Below are positions 16,512 to 26,896 of a stretch of DNA of 51,148 nucleotides, in pieces. The translations under genes were made by a program, and so were the position numbers. Each line of letters begins with the position of its first letter. The first letter of the stretch is position 1. This stretch comes from a virus (taxonomy: Duplodnaviria; Caudoviricetes), in IMG/VR virus record IMGVR_UViG_3300017774_004509, positions 1-51,148 of that record. One strand, 5' to 3'. The notes beneath the pieces are model-generated. The model ran no database searches and was not told where the DNA came from. It was given only the letters and a program-made list of their open reading frames with translations.

Positions 16512-16856
16512 ATGGATAAAGACACTGTAATATTTGACGGTAAATCATTCGCTGATCTTATGAGGGATATCTACAATAATAGTAGAAAAAAAGATGATCA
16601 GATTAAAGGCCTTATCGATCAACTCAAACCACTCATCAAAAATGTAAGCGACGCCGCGGCAATGGTACCTTTAATAAAAGAGTACTTAGAGGTCTCAGTT
16701 AAAAACGATGAACACTTAGTGCGGTTAGCTGCTATCGTACAGCGACTACTTGTCGCTGCGGGGAAAAATGATGAAGATACCGGTGGGTTATCTGATGCTG
16801 AGAGAGCTCAGTTAATGCAGGAAGCTCAGGATTTATTAGATAAGCAAGTAGTATGA
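16512..16856 (+). CDS. helical late protein (possibly terminase small subunit-like)
   Basis: All-helical; 3 nt after TATTTATA (16501-16508); the functional guess is weak. Confidence 0.5.
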   Translation: MDKDTVIFDGKSFADLMRDIYNNSRKKDDQIKGLIDQLKPLIKNVSDAAAMVPLIKEYLEVSVKNDEHLVRLAAIVQRLLVAAGKNDEDTGGLSDAERAQLMQEAQDLLDKQVV

Positions 16857-17779
16857 GTCTATTTAAAGGTTTAGGTGCGTTACTATTAAGTAATAAAAAT
16901 ACACAAAAAGATCAATCTCAACTACAGTTTACTTTTCTATTAACTGTTCTGGATGTTGTATTAAAGCCTGGTGATCCTTATTATAATAGCCCTGCTGATA
17001 TAGGTAAGATTAGGATTAAGCCAGTACAAACAGCAGCTCGCCAAAAAGACGATGAATTACAAGCATTTGCATACCCTGCAGATAGAAGAAATGTAACATA
17101 CCCATTACCAGGCGAACAAGTATATGCATACATAGGATTATCAGATTATATTGACGACTTTGGTAAACCGGCACGTGCATTGTTTTATACAAATAATATA
17201 ACTCAAAATAATAGTATAACTATAAACTCACTTCCAAATATTGGCGATCAAACATCTGAGTCTAACAATCCACCTGGCTTTTTTCAAGCTGTGTTAAGTA
17301 AATTTACTAAGAAGTTACGTAATGTTGATAGTTATAAAACTGGTAATAACCTAGTTAAGGAGCGGCCACCGTTACAACCTTTTGAAGGTGATGTGATTAT
17401 GCAAGGTCGATTTGGCCAATCAATAAGATTCGGAAGCACTACAGCCGATAGAGACTCACCATGGTCCAAAGCTGGCACTTCCGGTAATCCACTTTCTATA
17501 ATACGTGTACATAATACAATAAACAATAATCCATCCATAGTAGAGAATATTAATACAGATAACAGTTCTTTATATCTCAGTAGCGCTCAGAGGATTGAAA
17601 TGCGATTAGGATGCAGTACAAAAATGAATTCGTGGCGAACTATATATAAACTGAGCTCAGGCACACCAGATGCAGTACAGGGTTCAAATACAAACTCAAA
17701 TAAAGACGAAACTCAGATATATCAAAAGGTGATAGACACACAATTACCAGTTTCCAAATCATATCAAAGTGAAATTTAA
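16853..17779 (+). CDS. baseplate hub/spike protein, gp5 N-terminal-like part
   Basis: IGKIRIK...AYP...YPLPGEQV OB-fold-like motif; PFEGDVIMQGRFGQSIRFGS; baseplate context. Confidence 0.55.
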   Translation: MSLFKGLGALLLSNKNTQKDQSQLQFTFLLTVLDVVLKPGDPYYNSPADIGKIRIKPVQTAARQKDDELQAFAYPADRRNVTYPLPGEQVYAYIGLSDYIDDFGKPARALFYTNNITQNNSITINSLPNIGDQTSESNNPPGFFQAVLSKFTKKLRNVDSYKTGNNLVKERPPLQPFEGDVIMQGRFGQSIRFGSTTADRDSPWSKAGTSGNPLSIIRVHNTINNNPSIVENINTDNSSLYLSSAQRIEMRLGCSTKMNSWRTIYKLSSGTPDAVQGSNTNSNKDETQIYQKVIDTQLPVSKSYQSEI

Positions 17780-18702
17780 TGGGCTATAGAACACCACCAA
17801 CATTATCAAGCAACGTAATACAGACCGTAAATTCCTTTAAGGCTGTGGTGCTAGCTAATTACGATAATTTAACAACTAGGATGATTACCGGTGCACTAAG
17901 TGCCGCAGGTATAACAACACCTAAAATACCAGCAAATCAACTAACTAAACTAATAACGGGAACCATAGTTCCAATCACACACCACTGGGAGGGTGGTTGG
18001 AGTGATCACCCGAATGATAGTGGAGGTGCTACAATGCGAGGTGTTATATTAACGACTTTTAGAGAAACTTTTAATAAAATATTTAAGAACAGAGGGATAC
18101 AGCAATTAGATAATGCAGTAGCATCCATTGATCAAAATTTAGCTGGGTGGCGCTCTAATAACCAAATTGGAAAACAATTTTTATATCAACTTTTAAGTGA
18201 TCAAAAAATTGCAACATTGTGGGTATTATATTTTTTCTGTTCATCATCAAATAGATACCCTATTGCGATTGCTTCCGAGGATCCATATTTGGGTTTTTTG
18301 CTTTATGATTTATGCTGGGGATCAGGACCTGGGATGTATAAATCTAATGGCATTGATCGATTAGCTACAGAGTATGGTTGGACTGGTAATAATTTTGCGC
18401 AATTCATCACAAGTCTAGGAGATAAAACACCTGAATTTGCAACTAAGGTTTTGCAAAAGCGTATGAGTTTCATATTAAAGATTTCTGAACCTGGATCAAA
18501 AAATAGTGTTTTCCGGAAAGGTTGGTTGAATAGGTTAATAAACGCGCCTAACTCACAGCTTGATTCACTCGTTATTATTAATGAGAATTTCAATCAAAAT
18601 GCAAAAGGCCTTTATACATTTAACCAACAAGAAAAAAACCATCTAACAAGAAAATCAGCTATATACAAAACAATTAAATTAGACTTTCCAAATCTAGCAT
18701 AA
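17779..18702 (+). CDS. glycoside hydrolase family 108 lysozyme (probable tail-associated muramidase)
   Basis: EGGWSDHPNDSGGATMRGV catalytic motif and C-terminal FRKGWLNR motif of GH108/PG-binding. Confidence 0.85.
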   Translation: MGYRTPPTLSSNVIQTVNSFKAVVLANYDNLTTRMITGALSAAGITTPKIPANQLTKLITGTIVPITHHWEGGWSDHPNDSGGATMRGVILTTFRETFNKIFKNRGIQQLDNAVASIDQNLAGWRSNNQIGKQFLYQLLSDQKIATLWVLYFFCSSSNRYPIAIASEDPYLGFLLYDLCWGSGPGMYKSNGIDRLATEYGWTGNNFAQFITSLGDKTPEFATKVLQKRMSFILKISEPGSKNSVFRKGWLNRLINAPNSQLDSLVIINENFNQNAKGLYTFNQQEKNHLTRKSAIYKTIKLDFPNLA

Positions 18703-19646
18703 TGGCAGTAAGATTTACATATGATGATATAAAGGCAAAGGTTTTGAAAAACAAACCTCTTGCAGTTGAGGCGGTGTCTGGTGTAGAAGTAGCACAATCC
18801 GATGTAGACTCCTCAAACAATACAAGTTCACCGGCAGTAGTTAATATTACACCTCTAGAGCCGGTTGATTTTCCTATGGAAGATGTAAATTACGAATCGA
18901 CATTTACATCAACACAACAAGATATAACAAAAGTACTTTCAATAACACAAGATTCAATAGGGTTTACAAACACATTTAGCAATGCACCACAAGTACTAAT
19001 TAATTCTGATAGAATCATTATTAATACAAAGCGAGATTATCTAATGTTATTTGGAGCTGCTGGTGTCGCAATATCATCCCAGAACCCAGTCAACTTAGAC
19101 TCCGACTCAAGCATTACCATAGCAGCTACAGAAGGTATTTACTTAGGAGTACCAAATAATGGTAAGCCTTATGATTTTGGTAATCAAAAAAAACCAAAAA
19201 CAAAGGGAGAAGCAACTACAAATCAACCCTATGAACCTGTAGCGCTAGGAATTAAATTAGCTAACATATTAGAAGATTTATTGGTTGTAATTAAAAATGC
19301 AAGAATAATAACTCCAATGGGGTTAGCTTACTTACGAGAAGATGCACAGTATGACTTAGCTAATCTACAGGCCAGAATACCAGAAATGTTAAGTAGTGTT
19401 GTATTTGTTGATGGTGTAAGTCACGAATCAACAGATCCAGCTCCAAAGCAAACTCAAACACCAACACAATCTGACACACAAACAGCAGCAGCTATAAATC
19501 AAACACCTACAACACCACAAAATGCATTCAGTGCAGAAACGATTCAACAAACTAGTGGTAATCAAACAACAACGGCCGCTCCAGATATCAGCACGTCCCC
19601 AGATTATTATACCCCAGGTGGAACATTAGGAAATTTAGCTAAATAA
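18702..19646 (+). CDS. baseplate spike, gp5 C-terminal beta-rich-like part
   Basis: QVLINSDRIIINTK..LMLFG..GVAISS..VNLDS..IYLG...EPVALG short-strand repeats. Confidence 0.5.
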   Translation: MAVRFTYDDIKAKVLKNKPLAVEAVSGVEVAQSDVDSSNNTSSPAVVNITPLEPVDFPMEDVNYESTFTSTQQDITKVLSITQDSIGFTNTFSNAPQVLINSDRIIINTKRDYLMLFGAAGVAISSQNPVNLDSDSSITIAATEGIYLGVPNNGKPYDFGNQKKPKTKGEATTNQPYEPVALGIKLANILEDLLVVIKNARIITPMGLAYLREDAQYDLANLQARIPEMLSSVVFVDGVSHESTDPAPKQTQTPTQSDTQTAAAINQTPTTPQNAFSAETIQQTSGNQTTTAAPDISTSPDYYTPGGTLGNLAK

Positions 19647-19647
19647 A

Positions 19648-20322
19648 ATGACGGATATAAGAGATGATATACAAACCGCTAGTATACTAGCAATTAATGA
19701 CACGAATCTACAGTTAAGATCTGATAGTGTTAAGGATTCTATTATTCAAATAGGCAACGCATCAGTTCATAGAAATTTATACGATGCCTATAAAGAAATG
19801 CAACTACAATTACTCAATGATAAAGGTGTTGAGCTGCAAATAGAAGAAAGCTTCGTATCTAAATATCAACTCATTGATCAGCTACGTAAACTTGTTAAAC
19901 AGAAAGATAAATACACAGAATACAAATTATTACTGGATGATTCGGTATCAATTAATGATGTGGCTAATGATTCAAACTTTACCAATTTCACCACTTTTCT
20001 AGATAATTTGCCAGCCGAGGAATTTGAACCCTCATTAACAAATTCAGTATTGTCATTTACACAAGCTATTGAACTATATCAAACACCAAATAAATTCAAT
20101 CTAGATCCACGTAGATCTGGAGTGTATGTAAAATTTGGTCCGGCAAATATTATACACGACAGTACACTTAGATGGTTAAATAAATATGCTTTTGATTATG
20201 GCTTTATCTTTTACGGACCCTATGATAAAAGTGTGTGGATGTACAATAGAAAACTAACGACAGGAACCCCTATTTTTCCAGGAAAGAATACTTTATCTAA
20301 TCTATTAAACTACTTAGATTAA
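19648..20322 (+). CDS. degenerate M15 (VanY/D,D-carboxypeptidase-like) domain protein
   Basis: AYKEMQ...GVELQIEESF and WLNKYAFDYGFI...W.Y resemble M15B, but SxHxxGxAxD and ExWH are absent. Confidence 0.45.
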   Translation: MTDIRDDIQTASILAINDTNLQLRSDSVKDSIIQIGNASVHRNLYDAYKEMQLQLLNDKGVELQIEESFVSKYQLIDQLRKLVKQKDKYTEYKLLLDDSVSINDVANDSNFTNFTTFLDNLPAEEFEPSLTNSVLSFTQAIELYQTPNKFNLDPRRSGVYVKFGPANIIHDSTLRWLNKYAFDYGFIFYGPYDKSVWMYNRKLTTGTPIFPGKNTLSNLLNYLD

Positions 20323-23099
20323 TGCCTATTAACTTTGAATTAACTTTTACCCAACCGATACTAGCTGAATTAGATGCTGGGAGGATAAAAAGTGCTTCTG
20401 ATTGGGCTAAGGTTATTACAAAGTACTACACAGCAACAATCAAAACAGGACTACCAAATGGTGTAGCTGTAACACTTCCTGCACCAGCTTTACAGGGAGC
20501 TCCGTATCCAATAAATCCTATCTTTTATAATACAATTGATACAAAAAGTAGGTTAATGGAAAATATAATCAAAGCCTATTTTTTAGTAGAGGAAATTAAA
20601 GTACAAAAAGCGGGTGTTCGCGGTTTGGCACAAACGATAAAACAACTCACAATAAAAGCTAGACTATTAAAAAGTCAGATAAAATCGACAGCGCAGCAAA
20701 TTAAACAGATATCAAAGGAATTAAAGGAGTTACCTACGACTCTAACAGAATTATATACATCTATTTCGGCTGAGATAAAGAATAAGATTAAAGAGACTGG
20801 TGAACTAATAAAAGCAATAGATGATTTTGGTGTAGTTCAAGCAAATAATTTACCAGCGATTAGAGCTTTATTCGTCGACGAAATAAAATTAATAGAAGAA
20901 ATACAGAACTTTGAATTTAGTTTTAATATAAGCACTCTTCAAAAGATTGCATTACTACTATCGGCAACAGATACTAGAATAGCTGAGATTGATTCCCGCA
21001 CATCAAGTGAGTCTGCATTTAAAGCATATATCTTGCAGAGAATAACTACGTTGATTAAGAGTTTATATGAATTAACCAACACCGCAGTATCACCAACACA
21101 ATATATTACCTATTATCAAGAGCTATCTTACACAAATGCAAGAGCAAAGCTAATATATGAAAAATTAAAAAGAATAGAATTTTTGCAAAAAAATCTCGAA
21201 CCAGAACTAAAAAAATTAGAAGATAAGTTAGAGAATAAAAAAAGAGAGCTTGTTGATCGAATAGAATTAAAAGTGGATGAGTTAAAAAAAGATTTATCTA
21301 AGAGACTTGAAGATTTAGCAGCTAAACGAGGTGAAGGTAAAGCTGAGAGTTTTAAAAAGGCAAAAAAGACACTTTCTGATTATCGAAAAAAATACAAAGA
21401 TGAGATCAAAAATAAAAAGGCTTTAATTAAAAAATACACAACCATTGTAACATCACTAGCTAATATAGTAGCTAAGTCAACAGCAATACTACTCGGTGTG
21501 TTAGGTGAAATTAACAAAATAAAACAACAAACAACTGATATACAACTTGACATTGAACAGCAAAAACAATTAGTTAATCAATTAGCGATTCAAAATAATT
21601 TAACAGAAATATCAGACACACTTACATTATTAGTTGTAAATAGTAACATAAGTGCACAGACAATAAAACAATATCTACAAACAGATTCGTTAGTTGCGAC
21701 AAGATACTATAATCAACTTTTAACACTCATAAATACTGACATTGCATCTTTATTGGGTGAAATCTATAATACCCCAAAACAACAAAAATCTATCGCCCAA
21801 CAAGAAACTACAAACTTCCTTGCTTTTTACAATCTATATGAAACAAAATTTAAACCTAAATTAAATAAAATTAGTAAATATATAGAGGATCAAACGATGG
21901 ATATTAAAAAGTCCGTTGAGGAGAAGTTTGACGCGTCGAAAAAAGACATTAGTGATTTTGCAATAAACCTAATACCAGTTAAGAGTGATATTGAAGATAA
22001 AAAAACAAAAAAGTTAACAGTTGAAGAAAAATCACGTTTAATAAAAGATAAGCGACAAAAACTAAGCACTGTTAGGCGTTATTTAGTATGTAGCAAACAA
22101 CTAATACAGGGATCAACGATAGTAATTAAAAATATAACAAACGACGAATATAGTTATTCCAAAAACGAACAAGCAATCACTAAAATAGCAGATGGATACT
22201 TTAATTTTAAATTAATAGGAAAGTCAGATTCGCAGGTACAAGGGTTATTAGAAAAAAAACAACGCTTTAAAGAGCGTATGCAGGAATTATCTATTGTAGA
22301 TGGATTAATATTGGGGATAACATCACTAGTAGATGAAATAAAAGCTAATCCTAATTTTACACAGGATTGGAAAACTCAAGTATTAGATAATATAAAAGAT
22401 AATACGCAACTAACAATATTTAAGACACTAGGTGATTTAGTAAACAGTGATTTGCAGATAAAAGATATTAGATCAATAGCAAATAAATTAACATACTCAC
22501 TAGTACAGGATCGAAATACAATTCAAGATATTGCAAGATTAGAACAGAGATACACATTAAAAACAATTCAACTATTTAATAGATTGGGTCAAGCAGATAA
22601 TCGCATAGGTATATACTTTAAAAATTTGGCAAGTAAATTACAAGGTAGTGATTCTATAATACTTTATTTACTTAGAGAGATGTTAAATATCCAAAATGAA
22701 GCAATGAGTTATTTAAACAAATTTATCGATGACGCAAAGTCTGAAATACAAACAAAAATAGCTGATAGAAGAGATAAAATCATAGAGGATAATAAAAAAG
22801 CTTTGGATAAATTAAAAGAAAAGGCGGTAAACGTCAAAGCTGGCGTAATGAGTCTAACTTTCAGTCTGGCTACACGAGCATTGTGGGCAGGAGCCTCCTG
22901 GGTTGGTCCTACTGGTACAGTATTTACCGTATCCTCAATTGGCCCTTTTAAACCAATCAAAGCGCGTTCAACCGATGGTGCTAGTGTAATGGTGAGAGAG
23001 ATAGCACGCGGCTTTGAAACGCAATTGAAAATCTTAACCGGTATATATTCGAATCCAGGAGTTGGTATAACACCAATACCGTTCGTTGGATATAGCTAA
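20322..23099 (+). CDS. large Lys-rich coiled-coil virion protein
   Basis: Long helical heptad-like core with globular termini; located in the baseplate operon. Confidence 0.6.
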   Translation: MPINFELTFTQPILAELDAGRIKSASDWAKVITKYYTATIKTGLPNGVAVTLPAPALQGAPYPINPIFYNTIDTKSRLMENIIKAYFLVEEIKVQKAGVRGLAQTIKQLTIKARLLKSQIKSTAQQIKQISKELKELPTTLTELYTSISAEIKNKIKETGELIKAIDDFGVVQANNLPAIRALFVDEIKLIEEIQNFEFSFNISTLQKIALLLSATDTRIAEIDSRTSSESAFKAYILQRITTLIKSLYELTNTAVSPTQYITYYQELSYTNARAKLIYEKLKRIEFLQKNLEPELKKLEDKLENKKRELVDRIELKVDELKKDLSKRLEDLAAKRGEGKAESFKKAKKTLSDYRKKYKDEIKNKKALIKKYTTIVTSLANIVAKSTAILLGVLGEINKIKQQTTDIQLDIEQQKQLVNQLAIQNNLTEISDTLTLLVVNSNISAQTIKQYLQTDSLVATRYYNQLLTLINTDIASLLGEIYNTPKQQKSIAQQETTNFLAFYNLYETKFKPKLNKISKYIEDQTMDIKKSVEEKFDASKKDISDFAINLIPVKSDIEDKKTKKLTVEEKSRLIKDKRQKLSTVRRYLVCSKQLIQGSTIVIKNITNDEYSYSKNEQAITKIADGYFNFKLIGKSDSQVQGLLEKKQRFKERMQELSIVDGLILGITSLVDEIKANPNFTQDWKTQVLDNIKDNTQLTIFKTLGDLVNSDLQIKDIRSIANKLTYSLVQDRNTIQDIARLEQRYTLKTIQLFNRLGQADNRIGIYFKNLASKLQGSDSIILYLLREMLNIQNEAMSYLNKFIDDAKSEIQTKIADRRDKIIEDNKKALDKLKEKAVNVKAGVMSLTFSLATRALWAGASWVGPTGTVFTVSSIGPFKPIKARSTDGASVMVREIARGFETQLKILTGIYSNPGVGITPIPFVGYS

Positions 23100-23110
23100 T
23101 ATTTATAATT

Positions 23111-23494
23111 ATGAAAGCACAAGAATTTGTAAAACTATTAAGAACAGTTATTCGCGAAGAAGTTAGATCTGTTGTTGGTGATGAGCTTCGCAAGGTGTTA
23201 AATGAGGAAATCACCACATCAAAAACACCGATCCAGGAACAAACTAAGTCTAAACAAAAACCAATACAGCGTACGAAATATCAACGAGATTATCCATTAG
23301 TCACTATGGAAGATATATTCGCTGATACAAGAGCCAATATGGGGGGATTTGGTAATGATGAGATGGGTTCCAACATAGAAGAAACGTATAATCCAGAATT
23401 ACCAGTATCAAACGCGCAGACAATGACTCTAATAAAAGACTACAGTAGTTTACTTAAAAGGGCGGATGAAATCGCCAATAATACTAGAGGATAA
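23111..23494 (+). CDS. late protein with LLRTVIREEV...VLNEE leader
   Basis: 3 nt after TATTTATA (23100-23107). Confidence 0.7.
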   Translation: MKAQEFVKLLRTVIREEVRSVVGDELRKVLNEEITTSKTPIQEQTKSKQKPIQRTKYQRDYPLVTMEDIFADTRANMGGFGNDEMGSNIEETYNPELPVSNAQTMTLIKDYSSLLKRADEIANNTRG

Positions 23495-23916
23495 TGGCAC
23501 AGGAAATTAGAGTTGATCCTATTGATCTAGAACTAGATACGGCAATTGGAGTAGATTTACCTATGATAAACTCCAATGGATCGGGATTTAAACAGACTTA
23601 TTTTACTATCGATGCAGCGTATGCGAATGCTAGAAATTTACTCTTAACAAACAAGGGTGAGCGAATAATGCATCCTAATTTTGGTTGTGATCTTCGTAAA
23701 TCAACATTTGAATTTAACGATTCTATTTTAACTACAAATATAGATTCAAAAATTCGAACTGAGTTTGAATTCTGGTTACCTTATATATTTATAAATGAGT
23801 TGACAATAACACCAGCACAAGATAAAAACACAGTCTTCATAAAGTTAGTAATTAGTTTACGAGGAGATAGTTTCAATACAAGAAGTATAACACTACAAAT
23901 AAACACAAATCAATAA
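23494..23916 (+). CDS. baseplate wedge subunit, T4 gp25-like
   Basis: NLLLTNKGERIMHPNFGCDL motif. Confidence 0.85.
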   Translation: MAQEIRVDPIDLELDTAIGVDLPMINSNGSGFKQTYFTIDAAYANARNLLLTNKGERIMHPNFGCDLRKSTFEFNDSILTTNIDSKIRTEFEFWLPYIFINELTITPAQDKNTVFIKLVISLRGDSFNTRSITLQINTNQ

Positions 23917-25793
23917 TGCCTACTAAGGATATTAAATATTTAGGTCGCGATTTTGATAGCTTTAAACAAGGCTTAATTGAATTTGCAAAAGTATATTATC
24001 CAACAACATATAATGATTTCAATGAAACATCACCAGGAATGATGTTTATAGAAATGGCATCGTATGTTGGCGATGTTCTTAATTATTATATTGATAGTCA
24101 ATTCAAGGAGAATTTAGTACTACATGCACAAGAACGTAGAAATCTACTAGATATTGCAAGTGCTTTTGGATACAAACCAAAGTTATCAATACCATCAATA
24201 GTTGATCTTGATATATACCAACTATTACCAGCTACAGGCACTGGTGAGAATGTCACCGCTGATACAACATACGGCCTAGTAATTAACGCTGGTATGCGCG
24301 TAAGATCAACTGTGAACTCAGTGGAATTTATTGTACAAGAAGGTGTGGATTTTACAGTCAATAACTATTTATCTCCCACTGAAATTTCAGTTTATAGTAT
24401 TGATCAAACAACTGGAGCTCCAAACTATTTCTTAGCTAAAAAAACTGTAAAAGGAATAAGCGCAATCATAGAAACAGTGACCTTTGATATTGGAACAGCT
24501 GAGAAATTTAAAAAGTTGTTGATTGAAGGGAGTAGCCTGATAGCTATCGACAGCATCGTCGACTCAGATAATAACACGTGGTATGAAGTACCATATCTAG
24601 CACAAGATACTATATTTGAAAAGATTACAAATACACAATTTAATGACCCAGACACAGCAGTATACTCTAATGAAGTACCGTATTTACTTAAATTAAAAAA
24701 AGTATATAGACGATTTATAACTAGAATCAAGGAAGGTGGTATTGAAATACAATTTGGTTCTGGTGTATCAACAACACCAGATGAAGAGTTGCTAGCAACA
24801 CCAGAAAATCTAGGATTAATACTTCCTACGGGTAAAGATAATATAGATGCGTCGATCGATCCCGCTAGTCCATTATTTACAACATCATATGGAATTGCAC
24901 CAAGTAATACAACATTAACAGTATCATATCTAGTAGGTGGTGGAATCACAGCGAACGTACCATCAAATACAATCACAGAAATCACAGACATAAACATATT
25001 AACATCAAACTTACCCCTTGCAACCCCGCTTCTAAACCAACAAATTATAAACTCAGTAGCAGTTAATAATCCTATAGCAGCAAATGGTGGAAGAAGCGGT
25101 GAGTCTATTGAGGAGATAAGACAAAATACCCTAGCTCAATTTACAGCACAAAATAGAGCGGTAACTCGTGAGGATTATATTGTAAGAGCGTATGCAATGC
25201 CATCAACATATGGTAGTGTGTCTAAGGTATTTATAACTCCTGATGAACAAAACAATATAGGTACAACAGAACTTAATGATACGGTAGCTAATCCGTTAGC
25301 TATGAATATGTATGTTTTAGGTTATGACAACAACAAAAACATAACTTTAGTTAATAGAGCTATAAAAGAAAACTTAAAAGTTTATCTGGATACGTATAGG
25401 ATGTTAACAGATAGTATTAATATTCGTGACGCTTATGTGGTTAATATTGGAGTAAATTTTGATATAATTACATTGCCATCCTTCAATGCAAATGAGGTAT
25501 TATTGAGATGTGTTGATATTATGAAAAGTTATTTTGACATTGATAAATGGCAAATTAATCAACCTATAAATCTAAATGATATATATAGTGAATTACTTAA
25601 AGTAGACGGTGTACAAACAGTAACAAAGGTGTCGATCGTAAATAAAAACGATTCATATAGTGGATATAGTGATGTGTCATATGATATATCAGGAGCTATT
25701 CGCAACGGCATAGTTTACCCGAGCTTAGATCCGTGTATATTCGAAGTTAAATACCCAAACATTGATATAAAAGGCAGAATAGCAACATATTAA
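23916..25793 (+). CDS. baseplate wedge subunit, T4 gp6 / baseplate J-like
   Basis: DFDSFK..L.....YNDFNETSPGMMFIEMASYVGDVLNYYID; FGSG; GG..ESIEEIR; QNRAVTREDY. Confidence 0.85.
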   Translation: MPTKDIKYLGRDFDSFKQGLIEFAKVYYPTTYNDFNETSPGMMFIEMASYVGDVLNYYIDSQFKENLVLHAQERRNLLDIASAFGYKPKLSIPSIVDLDIYQLLPATGTGENVTADTTYGLVINAGMRVRSTVNSVEFIVQEGVDFTVNNYLSPTEISVYSIDQTTGAPNYFLAKKTVKGISAIIETVTFDIGTAEKFKKLLIEGSSLIAIDSIVDSDNNTWYEVPYLAQDTIFEKITNTQFNDPDTAVYSNEVPYLLKLKKVYRRFITRIKEGGIEIQFGSGVSTTPDEELLATPENLGLILPTGKDNIDASIDPASPLFTTSYGIAPSNTTLTVSYLVGGGITANVPSNTITEITDINILTSNLPLATPLLNQQIINSVAVNNPIAANGGRSGESIEEIRQNTLAQFTAQNRAVTREDYIVRAYAMPSTYGSVSKVFITPDEQNNIGTTELNDTVANPLAMNMYVLGYDNNKNITLVNRAIKENLKVYLDTYRMLTDSINIRDAYVVNIGVNFDIITLPSFNANEVLLRCVDIMKSYFDIDKWQINQPINLNDIYSELLKVDGVQTVTKVSIVNKNDSYSGYSDVSYDISGAIRNGIVYPSLDPCIFEVKYPNIDIKGRIATY

Positions 25794-25795
25794 CC

Positions 25796-26896
25796 ATGAT
25801 AATAAGCTTTTACCCGCAGAAAGATGCAACCTTATACGAAAAGTACGTAAACAAAAATACGGGGCTTGACGCTATTCTTGATATTTCTAAAGTTATTGAA
25901 GGAACCACAAAGTATAACTCCAGAGGAATAATCAAGTTTGATTTAACAACACTGGCACAATATAGCAGCTCAAGACTAATTCCATCAGCATCAACTGCTA
26001 AATATTACCTTAAATTATATGCCACTGAACCGGAAGAAATTCCAGTAGATTATACATTGGAATGTTACGCTATAAGCGGTAGTTGGAACATGGGTACTGG
26101 TAGATATGCAAACACACCAGAAACGACAGATGGAGTTACCTGGAAATATAGAAGTTCGGTATCAGCTACGGGATTAAAATGGACTACGGCATCATATGCA
26201 CCAACAACAACCGGATCATATGCAACAACACCTGGAGGTGGTACTTGGTATACAGGATCCTTAACTACACAATCATTTAGTTACTCAACTGCGGATGTTG
26301 AATTGGATGTAACTTCCATAGTTAATAGTTGGTTAAATTCAACAATACCCAACGAAGGCTTTATCATTAAAAAATCAGATACAACAGAACAAGATAATAA
26401 TATCTTTAAAAGCTTAAAATTTTTCAGCAGAGATAGTAATACAATATGGATACCTCGTTTAGAAGTAAGATTTCAAGATTATCAATATACATCAAGTTTT
26501 AGTAATATTAATGTAAATACTGAAAACTATATTAATATATCAAATATTAAGAATATCTACAATGAAAAAAGTAGAGTTCTATTCAGAGTAAATGCTAGGC
26601 CTAGATTTCCTCAACTCGCATTTCAAACATCTTCCATTTATCTAAACAATTATCTAATACCGTCAGAATCTCAATATAGTATCGTGAAAGCTGATACCAA
26701 GGACGTGATCATACCATTTGATACCGGGTTTACAAAAATTTCAGCAGATGCTACAGGAAATTATTTCAGATATTATTTAGATGGTCTACAACCAGAGCAG
26801 TATTATAAAATATTAATTAAAGTTGTAGATACACAAGTGGGGTATGAGGAGATCTATGATAATGATTGGATATTCAAGATAAATAAACAACAATGA
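25796..26896 (+). CDS. virion structural protein (DNRLRE/carbohydrate-binding-like N-terminal domain)
   Basis: KDATLYE..NTG, IIKFDL, LDVTSIVNSW...NEGFIIK, FFSRD..PRLEV pattern; context. Confidence 0.55.
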   Translation: MIISFYPQKDATLYEKYVNKNTGLDAILDISKVIEGTTKYNSRGIIKFDLTTLAQYSSSRLIPSASTAKYYLKLYATEPEEIPVDYTLECYAISGSWNMGTGRYANTPETTDGVTWKYRSSVSATGLKWTTASYAPTTTGSYATTPGGGTWYTGSLTTQSFSYSTADVELDVTSIVNSWLNSTIPNEGFIIKKSDTTEQDNNIFKSLKFFSRDSNTIWIPRLEVRFQDYQYTSSFSNINVNTENYINISNIKNIYNEKSRVLFRVNARPRFPQLAFQTSSIYLNNYLIPSESQYSIVKADTKDVIIPFDTGFTKISADATGNYFRYYLDGLQPEQYYKILIKVVDTQVGYEEIYDNDWIFKINKQQ

